A DNA stretch of 64,000 nt, taken from assembly GCF_004010195.1 (NCBI RefSeq), contig NC_057758.1:2741853-2805852 (forward strand), in the 5' to 3' direction. Every line of letters starts with the position of its first letter. Within the stretch, counting starts at the first letter, position 1. This document shows, in pieces, positions 37,199-50,906 of the stretch. Below the pieces are notes generated by a model that was not told the origin of the DNA, did not search any database, and worked only from the letters and a program-made list of their open reading frames with translations. The position numbers and the translations under genes are program-made. The DNA is from Chiloscyllium plagiosum (taxonomy: Eukaryota).

Positions 37199-39197
37199 AC
37201 TGGTCATTTATGGAGAGAAGTTTCGTACCTGAGCAAAGAGAAAGATAAGAAATGGAGATAGAAAGAGAGATAAGGTTCTTAACTGAGCAAAAAGAGAGAG
37301 AACTTGAACTTTAGAAGTTGCACCTTAGTCAGCAATGTAAAGTTAACAGTATGAACATTAAAAGAGATGGTTGTGATAAGTACAAAATGCCAGAACTCTA
37401 CCACATTTTGATGAGAAAAATGTCGAAGTCTTTATTTCATCTGAAATATTTGCGAGCCAGATGGGGTCGTCCAAGGATTTATGGGTAATGCTAGTTCAGA
37501 CTAAACTGATGGTCAGAGCGAGTGAGGTACTTACCGCACAGTCAGATGAGGTGTCAAGCGATTTTTAAGTGGTCAAACAGGCTCTTTAAAGCGTTTATGA
37601 CTTGGTACCAAAAGAGTATAGACAGCAGTTCAGAAATATAAAGAAGGAACCAGGTCAGACCAATGTTGAGTTTGAAAGCATTAAACATATTCATTTTGGT
37701 AGTTTGGTGGAAGCCTCAAAAATAGATAAGACCTATGAGGCTCTAAGAGAGATTATTCTGCTGGAGGCGTTTAAAAACTCACTTCCAGAGATGATAAGAG
37801 TTCACATGAGGAACAGATCATTCAGGAAATGAGAAATAAAGGAGAGTCGGCAAATGCATACATGTTGGTGCATAAGACATGCTTCGGCCTGTATTTTGTC
37901 CTGTGAGGGATAGAAGTAGCGAAAAGGGAGATCCGACAGTAGAAAACAAAGTGGAGCAAACAATAGTAAGTGTTTACCAGAGGCTCAAAAAGAAGCCTCC
38001 GAGTATGGAAAATAAGCGAAAGGCCTCAAGTGTTTCCACTGTGGTAAAGTGGGACACATAAAGTGAAAGTGCTGGGAGTTAAACACAGACGATGAGGGAA
38101 AAGATGTGGTAAAATAAGCTAAGCCAGTGATATTATTGAGATCAAAACCTCAAGAAGAACCGAGGAGCTGCAGGAGGGTGGACAGCAGAATCAGAGGCTG
38201 AGTATGGAGCTAGTAACTGATCTCTATGAACAATTCGCATATGTGGGTACATTTTACCCAGAAAGAACAGGGAGAGAGGACAGGAAGTGATAATATTGAG
38301 AGATAAAGGATCTAACCAGTCTCTCATCGTAAGAGTTGAGCGAATTTGCCCTCTTTCTGATCGGTTACCCAAGAGTGTGGCTCTTTGTGGGATAATGGAC
38401 AGTAACATAGCGTTCCCCTATGTAAAATCAGTAAGAAGTACCGACTCAAGATTGGGGAAATAACAGGAGGAGTGATTCATAAAGTGTGAGTTCCAAGAAT
38501 TCAGTTTTCTTTTTGGGAGCAAATGGTTTAGCAGGGTCGAAGGTGGGAGTGACACCATCTCTTGTAGAGAAGCCCAAGGAAGACCAAGAAACTGAGGAGT
38601 TCAAAGAAAACTATCCTGGTATTTTCCCTGTGTGTTATCAAGATCCCTTTATCACAAGTCATAGCGAAAGGCAAAAAATGAAGAGAAAGATGAAAGAGTT
38701 CAGAATCGGTTACTGGACACCTTGTTTGACGTTATGGTACGAGAAAAAAAAACCTGAACAGGCGCAGGCTCAGTCAGAAGTATTTAGTTCTGAAACAACA
38801 AGGGATTTGCAACAGACTGACGAGATGATAAAAGGTATGTATGTGAATGCATACTGGGGAAAGGAGGCAGAGAATATTCCTGAGAGTTATTAGGGAAAAG
38901 TTGGAATCCTAAGACGGAAATAGAGACCGTGGCAGGAGGGTGCAGAGAAGAAGTGTGCCGTAGTGCACCAAATTGTGTTCCCGGGAACATACAGTCGGGA
39001 AACATTAGGGGTTACACATGAGCTACCTATGGGATATCGTCCCGGGGTATGAAGACTCAGGCTAATGTACAAAAACATTTTTACTAGCCTGGAGTACTCA
39101 AGGGTGTGGTTAACCTTTGCCATACCTGATATACATGCCAAATAGTAGGTTAGCCGCAGGCGGAAATAAAGTCAACACCTTTGTTGACAATTCTTGC

Positions 39198-42100
39198 TGT
39201 TATGGACTAGGCCAGACCACTCGAAACATTCTTAAGCAGGCTGCCCCGATCATAACTTTGCAATTTGTTTCGGTATGTGTACAGTGAAAATTACCCAGAC
39301 TAATTTAGTGAGTTTGACTACCAGGATTAAAACACACAGAAATTATTCACAAAATGACACAATGAAACACAAAGAACAAAATAAAGAACCCCGACAGAAC
39401 TCAGTCTATCTAAACTAGATATAAGTATGCTGTTCCAAATGTACACAACAGTGCCAATAAACCGAGTACCTTTAAAAACTAGTATAAAGGAAACACATGC
39501 TTCCAGGTTGAAGTTAGAAGAAGAGAGTTTACACAACTCACTGTTGAACTACCAACCAGTACTGGACTGACTTGCTCAGCTCAGCTCGAGAGATGATCAC
39601 ACTCCCGTTTCATTGTACAGGTCACTTCTAAAAGATGTAGCCTGAAGTCTCATCTGTTTACATATAAAAAAGGCCTCCCAAAAATCCTTATCATCTGCCT
39701 AAAACACCTGTCTAATCGGAGCCCGGACTGATTTATTACCATTAATATCAAAGGATGTCTTCAATTTTTAGACCTTCAAAAATCTGGTTCGTAGTCGAAA
39801 CACACATACACATTATATTACCTATAAACATGCAAACATGCATAATTACATGCAAATTCAGGACACAGTGCAACCACCACCGAATGCCTCCGTATCTTAT
39901 TCGAGTCTCCATAACACAAAATCAATCCTGTTTTCCCAACCTGTCAAATAGTCAAATTGAATGGGTGCAATAACAAGTTCCATCTAACATTCTGACATTT
40001 TTGTCCTTAAATTTTTCTACAAATATCACTGAGTTATGATCAGTGTGTACGATTGTCTCAGATGCCTTGCTGCTAATATAAACACAGAAATGTTGTCAGG
40101 CCAAGACGAACTTTAAAGTAACTTTGCCCACCATTGAATATTTCTGTTGATGAACATTCAACTTCCTGGAAAATTACCTAATGGTTCTTTTTATCCCTTC
40201 AACATCCTCCTGCAGCAACACCGCAACAGCACCCACATCACTGGCATCAATAGCCACCTTGAAAGGCTTCGTTTAATCCTGTGTGGCCAACACTGGGGCG
40301 TTGGTTAACATAGGTTTTCGGCTGTGTAATGCCTTTTTCGCTGTCCACTGTTCACTGAAACTTCTTGCCCTATTTTAACAATTCAGGGAAAGGAGCAGCC
40401 ACACTGCTAAAGTTTGGCACAAACATTTGGTAAAATCCACTCAATCCCAGTAAAAGCAGTACCTCATTTTTCGTCGACGGTGTGGGACAATCTCCAATGC
40501 TTGCGGTTTTGCATCTCATGGGGCCATTTGTCGATTTCCATTAACAAGGTCTAGGAAGGTGACTGGGTTTTGACAAATTCACTTTTGGCTAGGTTTAAGA
40601 CAAAGCCTGCCTTCCGAAGTCGCTTAAAGAAGTCCGATAAATGCTGTAAATGTTCCTTCCATGAGTAAGCAAAAACCACCAGGTCATCAATATCACCACG
40701 CAATTGGTTAATCAGGCAATGGCCTTATTAATCAGTCTCTGAAGTGTGGCTGGGAAGTTTTTCGTACCAAATGGCATAGCTTTGAACTGATATAGTCAAT
40801 TTGGCGTTACGAAAGCCGAAATTGTCTTTCCTCTGTCTGACAGAGGTACTTGCCTCTGAGAAATCCAACTGAGAAATGTAAATTTCTTGTCCCACGTTTT
40901 GCACACAGTCCTGCAACCCTGGAATTGCATATGCAGCACTCTTTGTAACAGCGTTGTCTTCGTGATAGTCCACACATAACCGTTGGGTGTCATCTGGATT
41001 TGGCATCATGCCGACAGGTGAGCTCCAGTCACTAAGTCTCTTCGATTATTTCATCTTGGATCATGCGGTCTAACTCCTTCTTGAACCTGTTCCAAATTTA
41101 AAGGGTTATGCTAATAAGGATGTTGGTTAACTGGAACAGCATCTCCTATATCTCTACATCATGCACAATTAGGTTTGTACTTCCCACCTTATTTCCACAT
41201 ATTTCCCCATTTGATAGTAATAACTCTTTCAGGTCATTTCCATTTTCTTGTGCAATGTAACTCAATGTAACTCCCAATTTTGACAACTTCCTCATTGTTC
41301 AATTTGATTTGAGGAATGTCAAATGCAAAATCCTCTGAACTTGGTTCTTCCTTCTTCGCTTTTTTTTCTTCCTTGTCAAAACTCCTTTTGAGCATAGTCA
41401 CATGACACACTCTGAGAGATTTCTTCCTGTTTGCAGTCCTTATCAAGTAGTGAAGGCCAAATCGGTGGTCTCTGAATTTTGACTTATTAATTTCTACTCA
41501 ATCAATTTTAATGGTCCTCTTACTGCATGCCCAAACGTTAATTCAACTGGACTGAATTTGGTCGATTCATTTGGTGCGTCTCTGATAACAAAAAGAACAA
41601 ACACAACTCCCTTAACCCAATCATCTGGATAATCCTGACCATCAACCCTTAAATTGGTCTTTAGTGTTTGATACCATCTCTCTAGCGCTTCCAGCGATCC
41701 TGAATGGAACGCAATAGATATCAATTGCTTTATTCCCAAGTTATCCATAACTTTCTTGAATAGTTTGGATGCGAAGTTAGATCTCTCATCTGACTGGATC
41801 TGAATTGGTAGTCCGTAACTCATAAAAAAATCAAGTAATTCTTCTGCAACCCTTTTTGCTGTGATGCTGTGTAATGGGATTGCCTCTGGAAATCTAATTG
41901 ATACACCTAATTTGTTAGTAAATACTTGTTTCCATATTTTGGTTGAAGTAGGGGACCTTCGCAATCAGTAAAGACTCTTGTCAAATGTCCCTCAAATGCA
42001 GGAATAGATAATAAAGGTGCAGGTTTTATTACTGCCTGTGGTTTTCATGTGAGATGAAATGGATGGTATAATTGGCAAAATTCATCTACATCATTGGGTG

Positions 42101-44846
42101 GCATGGTGGCACAGTGGCACAGTGGTTAGCACTGCTGTCTCACAGCGCCAGAAACCCGGTTTCAATTCCCGACTCAGGCAACTGACTGTGCAGAGTTTGC
42201 ACAATCTCCCCGTGTCTGCGTGGGTTTCCTCTGGGTGCTCCGGTTTTCTCCCACAGTCCAAACCTATGCAGGTCAGCTGAATTGGCCATGTTAAATTGCC
42301 TGTAATGTGAGGGGAATGGGTGGGTTGCGGGTCGGTGTGGATTGGGCCGAAGGGACTGTTTCCACACTGTAAGTAATCTAATCTAATCTTTGTGTAGTCC
42401 AGACCAGTAAAAATGTCTTTGCATTTTAGCTTGTTTTCCTCACCCCAAAATGACCTCCAAGTGGTAACTCGCACGCCACTTCTAGCACCGCATTTCTATC
42501 ACTGCAATGCATGATGGTCTCCATTTCCTCAATAAGACAATATTTATTAAGAAATTACACACAGGAATGTATTCAATTTCCTTCTCTATGAATGTCTTTT
42601 GATATAACTGTTTTAACTCTTCATCTTTCTGCTATACCTCTATCAGCTTAAATTAGCAAAAGTACTAGCATGTTTATCCATTTGCTCCTTCTCTGTTCCT
42701 CTTATCTGACCGTAGGAAGTTTCGGATAACACTGTGTCAGCTTCCTTATCTGTCCCTTTTGATCCTTCCTGCTTCAACTTTTACCTCTGTGATCTTGTAA
42801 TCACACCATCAGTAAACATTCCTGGATAAACATTCTCCATGTCGTTGGTTGCCTGCGTCTCCACTGGCCTTTCAACTAGAGTAGGCAGCACAGCACCTGT
42901 GAATCAGCTATCTCGTTTGCAAGGACAAATTGCATTCCTGGAGCTGAGAGTTTGTCCAGTACTCCTACCAAAATTTCTTCGCTCTTCTCTGGACTCACTA
43001 TCCTCACTTTACATAATTAAGCACTACTTGTCTCAACATGAATTCCTGTTACCAGTCCGTTTTCTGACAATAGTCCCTCAGGAGTGCATACCTCCTCATC
43101 CTTCAGCAATACAGACTGAGAGGATACTGTGTCCCTCAATATTGTAACCTCCTTACCTACTACCTCTGGCCTATGTGAATAAACTTTACCCTTGCATGGA
43201 TTTTTTTTAAGCAGATCTGGCACTTCTTCCTTAATCAACCTCTGATCATCTTGTACACTCTGAGGCAGTTGCCTATATTCTTTTGTGCTTTTTGTGACTC
43301 GTCCAACAAAACTTCTAGGCTTGCTCAGTTTTCCTACATCTGACTTTCTCCTACTGTGAATCACTGACACTGTGATTTCATGTGGCCCACTTCATTACAA
43401 TGTAAACAACAACGGAGCTTTATAATTTTTTTGTTCCCAACAGTAGTTTATTTAATAATCTGTGTAAATTGAACATATGATCTTCACTGAGATCTGCCTT
43501 TCCCTTTTCACGTGATGATTTCTCTTTGAACCAATTTCTATCCCTCATGGACTGAAATTGATTCTGGAAACCAAACCAAGTTTTATGAATAAACTCATAA
43601 TCGTCATCCACTTCAGCTGCTAACGTTGCTTTTTCAGCTCTCTGGTCTTCCACGTGAGTTTGCACTACTTTCCTGCTAAGGTTAACTTCAGCCCTTATCT
43701 CCAGCTTTTTCAGCTGACTTTCCTTTTTAAGTGTCAGTTTTTGAGTTTCAAAAGCTCTCTCTTTTTCCCTGCTTTGTTCTTCGTTCTCTTATTCTCTCTG
43801 TTCTGCTGCTCTCTTTTTCTCCCTGTCTTCTGCTTTTAATCGTAACTCAAACTGTTTCACTTCTTCTGCACTTTCCTTATCTCTCGCCCTAACTTACGCT
43901 GCTTTAATTGCAATTGCATTCTGGCCATCTCTATAGATTCTGGAGTTTTCTTCAGCAAGTTTAAATGCTGAGCTACTGCTTTAATTATCTATCTTTTCCT
44001 CACGGAAGCAGGCAGTTTCCATTTTCAGCTTGTCTGCTAATACCTGCAGCTTGACCTTATTTACCGATTGCAAACCTACTAAAGTCACCACATCCACTGA
44101 AAGTGCCATTGCTGTCGCAAGTTTTGTCTATTGACACAAACCAAAACCCGAAACAAAGACACTAGCACCTAACACTCGCTGTTTAACATCCCATAAAGAG
44201 CCCCCAATCTGTTACGGACTAGGCCAGACTACTCAAAACATTCTGATGCAGATAGCCCAGACCATAACTTTATAATTTGTTTCTGTAAGTGGACAGTGAA
44301 AATTACCGGACTGATTTGGTGAAGTCGACTACTAGGGTTGAAACTGACAGAACATTTATTCACAAAATTGCACAAAGAAACAGGAAGAACAGAATAAAAA
44401 AACCCTACATAACTCAGCCTGTCCAAACTAGACTTAAGTATGCCTTTCTGAACGTGCACAACAGTCCCAATAAGCAAACTCCCTTCAAAAACCAATATAA
44501 ATGGATCACATGTTTATAGCTTGATGTTAGAAGGAGAGAGAGAGATTCCACTCAGCTCACTGTTGAACTCCCAACCAGTTCTGGACTGAACTGCTCAGCT
44601 CAACTAGAGAGCTGACCACTTCCCTTTCATTATGCAGGTCACTTCTAAAATATGAACACTTTGGCTTGAAGACTCATCTGTTTACATATAAACAAAAGGC
44701 CTCTCAAAATCATTTTCATCTCTGTGCCAAACCAGTCTGATCGGAGTTCGGCCTGATCTATTACCACTCTGAAAAAAAAATCAAGGACAGAGTATCCTTA
44801 AGCCAAGGAACAGCCCTTAGAAAAAGAAAGAACTAACTTTGTGACA
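39198..44846 (-). mobile_element. Gmr1-like Gypsy element B nested in the integrase of element A
   Basis: LTRs 44210-44846 and 39198-~39750 (both read tgttaYggactaggccagac on +). PBS tgggggctc (tRNA-Pro-like) just inside 44210. On the minus strand: gag, CLHCNEVGH (~43390), ILRDTVSSQS (~43130), integrase (41494-41990), RT (QRLCVDY ~40980), RNase H (FKVAIDASDVG ~40250). Degenerate TSD ttgc/ctga. Confidence 0.88.
42096..42389 (+). mobile_element. HE1/V-SINE-like SINE inside element B
   Basis: gggtggcatggtggcacagtggcacagtggttagcactgc...; tail gtaagtaatctaatctaatc. Confidence 0.88.
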
Positions 44847-45665
44847 CTGAATTCGAAGAACCTTTTGTGCGGGTTATATGTCAATGTTTAGGTCAACTGC
44901 AGAGAATTAGAAGAGATAATGAACTGGAGAAACAGGTGTTGTTACTGCCCCGCAGAATGTGGAATCAAATCCAGATGTGGCTTTTGATGTGCATCAAAAT
45001 ATGTTAAAACAATGACGAGGTCCTTGAAGAGTTGGATAAGTTAGTGAGCTACCTTTCGTCGGAGGAAAGAACGCAGTTGAGAATTTTGTTATTGCAGTAT
45101 GACGACATATGTGTGAATCGGATGGGGAAAACTAATGCTATTGTACTTGAAGTAGACGGAAGGAGTACTGTTATGATAAAATAACCCTGTAGAGTTAATG
45201 ATTTCAAATCCAGACAGGTGCAGAAGCAGGTGCTCAACCAGGATATCATTGAACCGAGTCAGATCGAGTGAAGTTCACTAATTGTCTTCGTTCCCACACT
45301 GGAAGGGACACAACGATTTTATGTGGATTATCAGAAAGTCAACGTCGTTACAAAATTGGACTCATATCCGATACCGAGATTGGAGGACTGTATTGAGAAA
45401 GGTGGACAAGCCAGTTACATGACCAAATTGGAATTACGGTGTGCTTACTGGCAGGTGCATTTATCAGTGATGGCAAAAGAAAGTTCTGTGTTTGGAACCC
45501 TATATATCAATAGTGATGCTCTTTGTAATGATGAACACACCCGCCACATTCCAAAGACTCATGAACAGAGTTTTGGCTGGGCTCACAAACTGCGCAGTCT
45601 ACTTGAGCAATGTAGTGATCTTTATGAAGTGCTGGAAAGATCAAATGATAAGGTTGGAAGAGATT

Positions 45666-45970
45666 GGGCGGCACAGTGGTTACCACTGCTGCCTCACAGC
45701 ACCAGAGACCCGCGTTCAATTCCCACCTCGGGTGACTGACTGTTTGCACATTCTCCCCGTGTCTGCGTGGGTTTCCTCCGGGTGCTCCGGTTTCCTCCAC
45801 AGTCCAAAAATGTGCAGGTTAGGTGAATTGGCCACGCTAAATTGCCCGTAGTGTTAGATGTTGGGGTAAATGTACGGGAATGCGTATGGGTGGGTGCGCT
45901 TCGGCGGGTCGGTGTGGACTTGTTGGGCCGAAGGGCCTGTTTCCACACTGTTTAGTAATATAATCTAATC
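45666..45970 (+). mobile_element. HE1/V-SINE-like SINE inside the RT of element A
   Basis: gggcggcacagtggttaccactgctgcctcacagc...; tail taatataatctaatc. Confidence 0.88.
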
Positions 45971-46840
45971 TTTGAACGATTACAAGAAGCTAAACTAGTA
46001 ATAAACGTTTTAAAAAATGCTGAATTGGTGAAAGCAGAGTTGACATTCTTGGGACATAACATCGGTCGTGGAAGGGTGACAACACGGAAAGAAAAGGCGA
46101 AGGCTATCGACGAATTTCCATGACGAACTTCAAACAAAAAGGTGCTTCGACCAAGCCGATTCTATCAGACGTTTGTTCCAAGCCTCAGCAGTCACACCGT
46201 GAACCGATTTGCTGAAAAGAACAGAAAGTTTTGGTGGACAAAATACTGCCAGTAGCCATTTGACCATTTAAAAGCAATATTAACCACCAAACGGTTTTAG
46301 CCCACACCAAACGTTTTGAAAATTTTCGAAGTTGCCATCAATACTAGTGACATGGGTGTTTCTGACTTGTGCAGGAAGATGGTGATCGGATTGAACTGCA
46401 AGTTGGTTACTGTTTGAAGAATCTCAACATCCACCAGAGAAAATATTCTACGATGGATAAAGAACTATTGAGTTTGCTACTGGCTGTACAACATTTTAAT
46501 GTGTACATCATGAACAATATATCACAGATGTTTGTGGATAAAAATCACAATGCTTGTATGTAGTTGGAACAATTTAAAGACAAGAATAGAAGATTATTTC
46601 ATTGAAGTCTTATGTTACAGACTTTTATTCACAAATCGAACACACTTTGGTTAAAGAATGTGATCGCCGATGTATTATCATGGATTTAACTGATAAAATA
46701 CAAATGAGACTGGTATCTACTCAATGTTAGGCCTATGAGGGAAGAGTTTAATATGAACTTAGATTAAAGTCATAAGTTTGTTATAATAATGTGACTTACG
46801 AATGTATAAAAAATAAGCCATCTTTTTCTTAAGGGGATGG

Positions 46841-47557
46841 TGTTATGAAGATATAAGCTTGTAATGCACCTTTAAGATAGAGAGGTAGCTAGCAAGGACT
46901 GATTGAAATGACAACGTGTGCTGAACAATTTGAAAATATATCATTGGTTTGAAACAAATAGCTGGACTTGCGTTGCCATGGAACAAAGAAAATACAATCA
47001 AATTCGGCCAATCAGTTTAAATTATCCCCGTGATGCCAAAATCAAATCGCATTTGAATTTTAATGTTTGGGATGATATTAACCCAATTGAATGATCCGAC
47101 GTTTTGTGGGACTGGAAGCAGATGCCTTAAACAGGTAGGCGGAGAACATCAAAGAGCACCAGCAAACAGACTGTGAGCTGAATAGATCTCTTTTACCTAT
47201 CTATAAGCAATTTGTGTGCAGTGGAACGCTAAAGTCGACCTAGAGGAATGTACAGAGAAAGTTTGGCATCCAAAGATGATAACTGGGCATGAAATTGATT
47301 TTTGCCATAAATGTAGGAGGGAATTTATCGGAGTAGAGTGGGAGGTAAAAGATAAGTTGAAGAGAAGGGCTGTTAACAAAATAACTGTTGTTTTAACTTT
47401 CTCTGTGGGACTTTCAGAATAACATTGTTAATTTTTACTTCAAATAATGAGAGCTGGGTCGTCCTTTGCCTCTCGAAATTTAACAGATTACGGCGATAGG
47501 TGAGCTTCTCTGTGTATTGGGTTTAAATTAGCAGAACATTTACCCCATGCCACAACA
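46841..47557 (+). repeat. 3' LTR of element A
   Basis: TGTTATGAAG after PPT aaggggatgg; ends ccccatgccacAACA. Confidence 0.82.
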
Positions 47558-49388
47558 GTGCCCTTTCTTCTGAATGATTTGCATCAATGATACCACTGCA
47601 GATGAATGAAATTTGGACACGATGGAAAGTGTAACAACCTGAACAACATGACGTTTGTCAGTAATTGTCTGCTACTTGGAAGTTAATTGCTTCAGTCCTT
47701 CCTCATTGATATGTTTGTTTAAGCATTTGATACACTACTGAACAGTGCTGCGAAGAACAACTTTCATGACTTGAATGGTAAAGACGTGGAATTCTAATTG
47801 CACGAGTGTGAAAGCAGCACAACGGTGAATCCTCTCACTGTCGCACAGCAAAACAGAGAATGCTACTGAAATCTAAAAGGCTTTAAAGCATTCGAGGAGA
47901 AATATTAACGTTTAAATTCCAATTACCCTTCCTCAACACAAATTTGATTAGGGATTTTGAAATCAATGATGTAATGGCGGGAAGTGGCGAGGGGCGTGGC
48001 GGGACATGTAAAGGGAGGAATCTTGAATTAAGGACTATTTTTGATCAGATAAATAGCTCTCTTTCTGTAATGTACTTTGGGGAAATTGCCTTCCTTACAT
48101 TGTTTTACATATGACTCCTGATACAAAGTCCTGTATTTGACTTTTAACTGGTCTCCGGCAATTTGACGAAGAAAACATGGTAGGCCGTGACACCTACATG
48201 CAGTAAATTGTTTCTTTTCAAAGATGCTTCGTAATTGGATTTACAGAATTGGTCCATAGCACAAATTGCAGCCTTCAATCACCCGCTTTTAACAACAAAC
48301 GAATACATGTTTCTATAAATGAGTCCGAACTTACATTCATTGCCGTTCCTTGTGAGAGATATTTTGCGATGCAGTATTTCGCAGTCTTTCAGTCTTTGTG
48401 TCCCGAAAGTTTGGGTAAACATGCTGTTTCTCTGTAATATTTTTTGAGATTTTTCTTTCGTTAATTTGTACTCCTGTTATTATCCCTGTCACTAAGTTGA
48501 AGGAGATTTGATCACTTTTAACTCTAACTAAACATTTTACAAAGTTTAAGAAGCCTGCTAATATTCAAATCAGTTTTAACCTGCTCGGTACAGATAGACC
48601 TAACACTTACTCGAAACAAATGAATAACCAATGAATGTATATATGCCTGCACAGTAGAGTATGTATTAGATATGGTTCTCCCATTCAGCATTGATGTTCT
48701 CATGGTTCCTTATCAACCTTTCACACTTTTATTCTCGGCGTGTGTCTATTAAATAAATGCTGATCTCATTTAAACTATTATTTCAGGATATACTTTATGG
48801 AAATGGGATGACTGCCACCTGGGAGTTTGCTGTTCATACTCACCAATACGATCATTTCCTTTTAAACCAAGCATCTCTTCTTAAAATTTTCAATGTTGGA
48901 TGTCATTCTTAAGTTATGGTTTAAAACGCTTCAGAGAACGAAAACGACATTTATTTTCGTTTTCACAGAATGAATATGTTCAGCTGGAAATTCGCAGAAA
49001 AATGTAATTGGTCTCAAAGCATCATTTGTTTATCTCTCCGTCAATGCTGCAAGAACTATTGAGTTCCTTTCCCACTTTCTGCTTCTACAATTAGCTAATT
49101 AATTTCAGCTTTATTTTGGTACGAAACAATCCTTAACTCTCTGGAAATTAAAACCCCCAGAAAAGCTCAATTCCCATCATGATGTGTTAACTTTGAGTAG
49201 AGAAATCCAAAATTTCACTATTTAAAGAAAGCAAATTCAATTTATTCTTTAAATCTAAAACTGAACATTAAACAGCAACTCTGCACAAGTCTAAGCACCC
49301 CCTTCTCATAACAACTTCTTATTTGCGTCCAACTCTAAAACAACATTATTGTTCCAATGAAACACTTATTAAAATTAAGTCAACTTAA

Positions 49389-50108
49389 TGTTATGATGGT
49401 GTGGGTGTGTACGGTATCTTTAAGAGATAGAGGTAGCTAGCATGGAATGACTGAAAGAACAGAGTGTGCTGAACAATTTTAAAATGTAGGCTTTATTTGA
49501 AACAAATAGCATGAGTGGCGTTGTGATGGAACAAAAGCAAATTCAAATTCGGCCAATCATTTCAAATTATGTCCCAAATACAAAAGTCCAATCGAATTTC
49601 AATTGTACTTGTTAGAATGACATAAAACAAGGAAATCACACGATGTTTTGGGCTATAAAATCGAACATTTTGAACTGTTGGGGGGAGGACAGCAAAAAGT
49701 AGCCAAGCAACGTCGAACAAACACAGTCTGCTAGCCGAATAGCTCTATTATACCTGTCAAAAAGAAATTTGTGCAACAGGACACCAAAGTCGCTCAAGTG
49801 GAAAATATAGAGAAAATTGGATATCTGGAGATGATGACTGGGTTTGAAATTGATTTTGCCATAAATTTAACAGGGAATTTATCGGATCCATATTTCAGTT
49901 TGGGAGGTAAATTTTGGGATTAAAATACAGGATTTATTGTTTTCAATGTTTTCTGTTGATCTTAAAGAAGAAAATTGTTAGTTTTTACTTTAAATAGTGA
50001 GATCCAGTCAAGTTATTTGCCTCTCGAAATTTAACAGATTATGGTATAAGGTGAACTTTTCTGTGTGTTGGGTTTCAATTAGCAGAGAGGTTAATCCCTT
50101 GTTGTAAT
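49389..50108 (+). mobile_element. Solo LTR related to 46841-47557
   Basis: TGTTATGATGG start; shared blocks (agaggtagctagca, gtgtgctgaacaattt, caaattcggccaatca, tgcctctcgaaatttaacagatta). Candidate TSD ttaa (49385-49388, 50109-50112). Confidence 0.78.
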
Positions 50109-50906
50109 TTAAATTTCAAAAACACTTCGCGACTTTTGTCGTTTGTGACATTCTTCTTGGAGCTGAAGATCTCCCTGGGTCAACTTTTTTTTACTGCGAT
50201 ATTGTTCACTGAAAAGGTACCTCTGATGGAGAGTGTTTGAATGGCAGTTTCTCTGTCGATTGTGGTTACTCTGTCGAACGTTCAAAAGTGAGGAGTGTAA
50301 CTGAAGATGCTGCTATACAAATCGCGATTGGTGAGGGAGGACAGCTTGAATGAACGTGATACTCCAATTGTAAGAAATGTCTACGACCAAAGAAGTGATT
50401 TGGAATATCGACGGGCTGAATGTAGATTGTTTCCTCGACAGAACATTCGTCGTGTGAAAGGAGCAATGTCAAATTTCTCACTGATAAGCTCTCTCCCATA
50501 ATGTGCCATCAGCAACAATATTCTGATCCAGTGTCCGCTGGAATTGTGAAGACTTGTGGACATTCCACATTGTCTTTAATATTTAGATTAAATTTGTTTG
50601 ATAGTTTCAAACAGGCGTGTTCGAGTTGGGTGGCTACAAAGGAATCCTTTTTGTTCAGATAGATGCACAAATGTATAAGCATCATTTTACCTTAGTGCCT
50701 GACTGCGTTATCTTTACTGATCAAAGTATCAGGCAAACTGAATACAATTTTGACACCAAAAGTGTTGTGTGAAGTCCAGGATAGGTGAAAGTAGAAATGA
50801 AGTATGTTTAATTTTACCAGGCAGAAGAATGTTTTCTGATGGAGAAAGACGTGAAACTAAAATATTGCACAGAACCATTTCTTGCCTGAATTCATTTCAT
50901 AGGTTT

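Larger units (their letters stand above)
32980..47557 (+). mobile_element. Gmr1-like Gypsy element A, host to several nested insertions
   Basis: 5' LTR ~32980-34842, split by a CR1 and a PLE hairpin. PBS-like tgggggggtttcatccg at 34846. Gag (35043; YRQQFRNIKKEPGQT..LREIILLEAFKNSLP 37602-37832; CFHCGKVGH ~38030), protease (ILRDKGS ~38290), integrase N-terminus (~39015-39195), RT (DYQKVN..SYPIPRLEDCIE 45323), RNase H (YSTMDKELL 46440), PPT 46831-46840, 3' LTR. Confidence 0.85.

Noticed and set aside
42096..42175. tRNA-like A/B-box sequences (also 17558, 45666, 52130-52199, 55285)
   Set aside because: They are heads of tRNA-derived SINEs followed by SINE core and tail, not tRNA genes.
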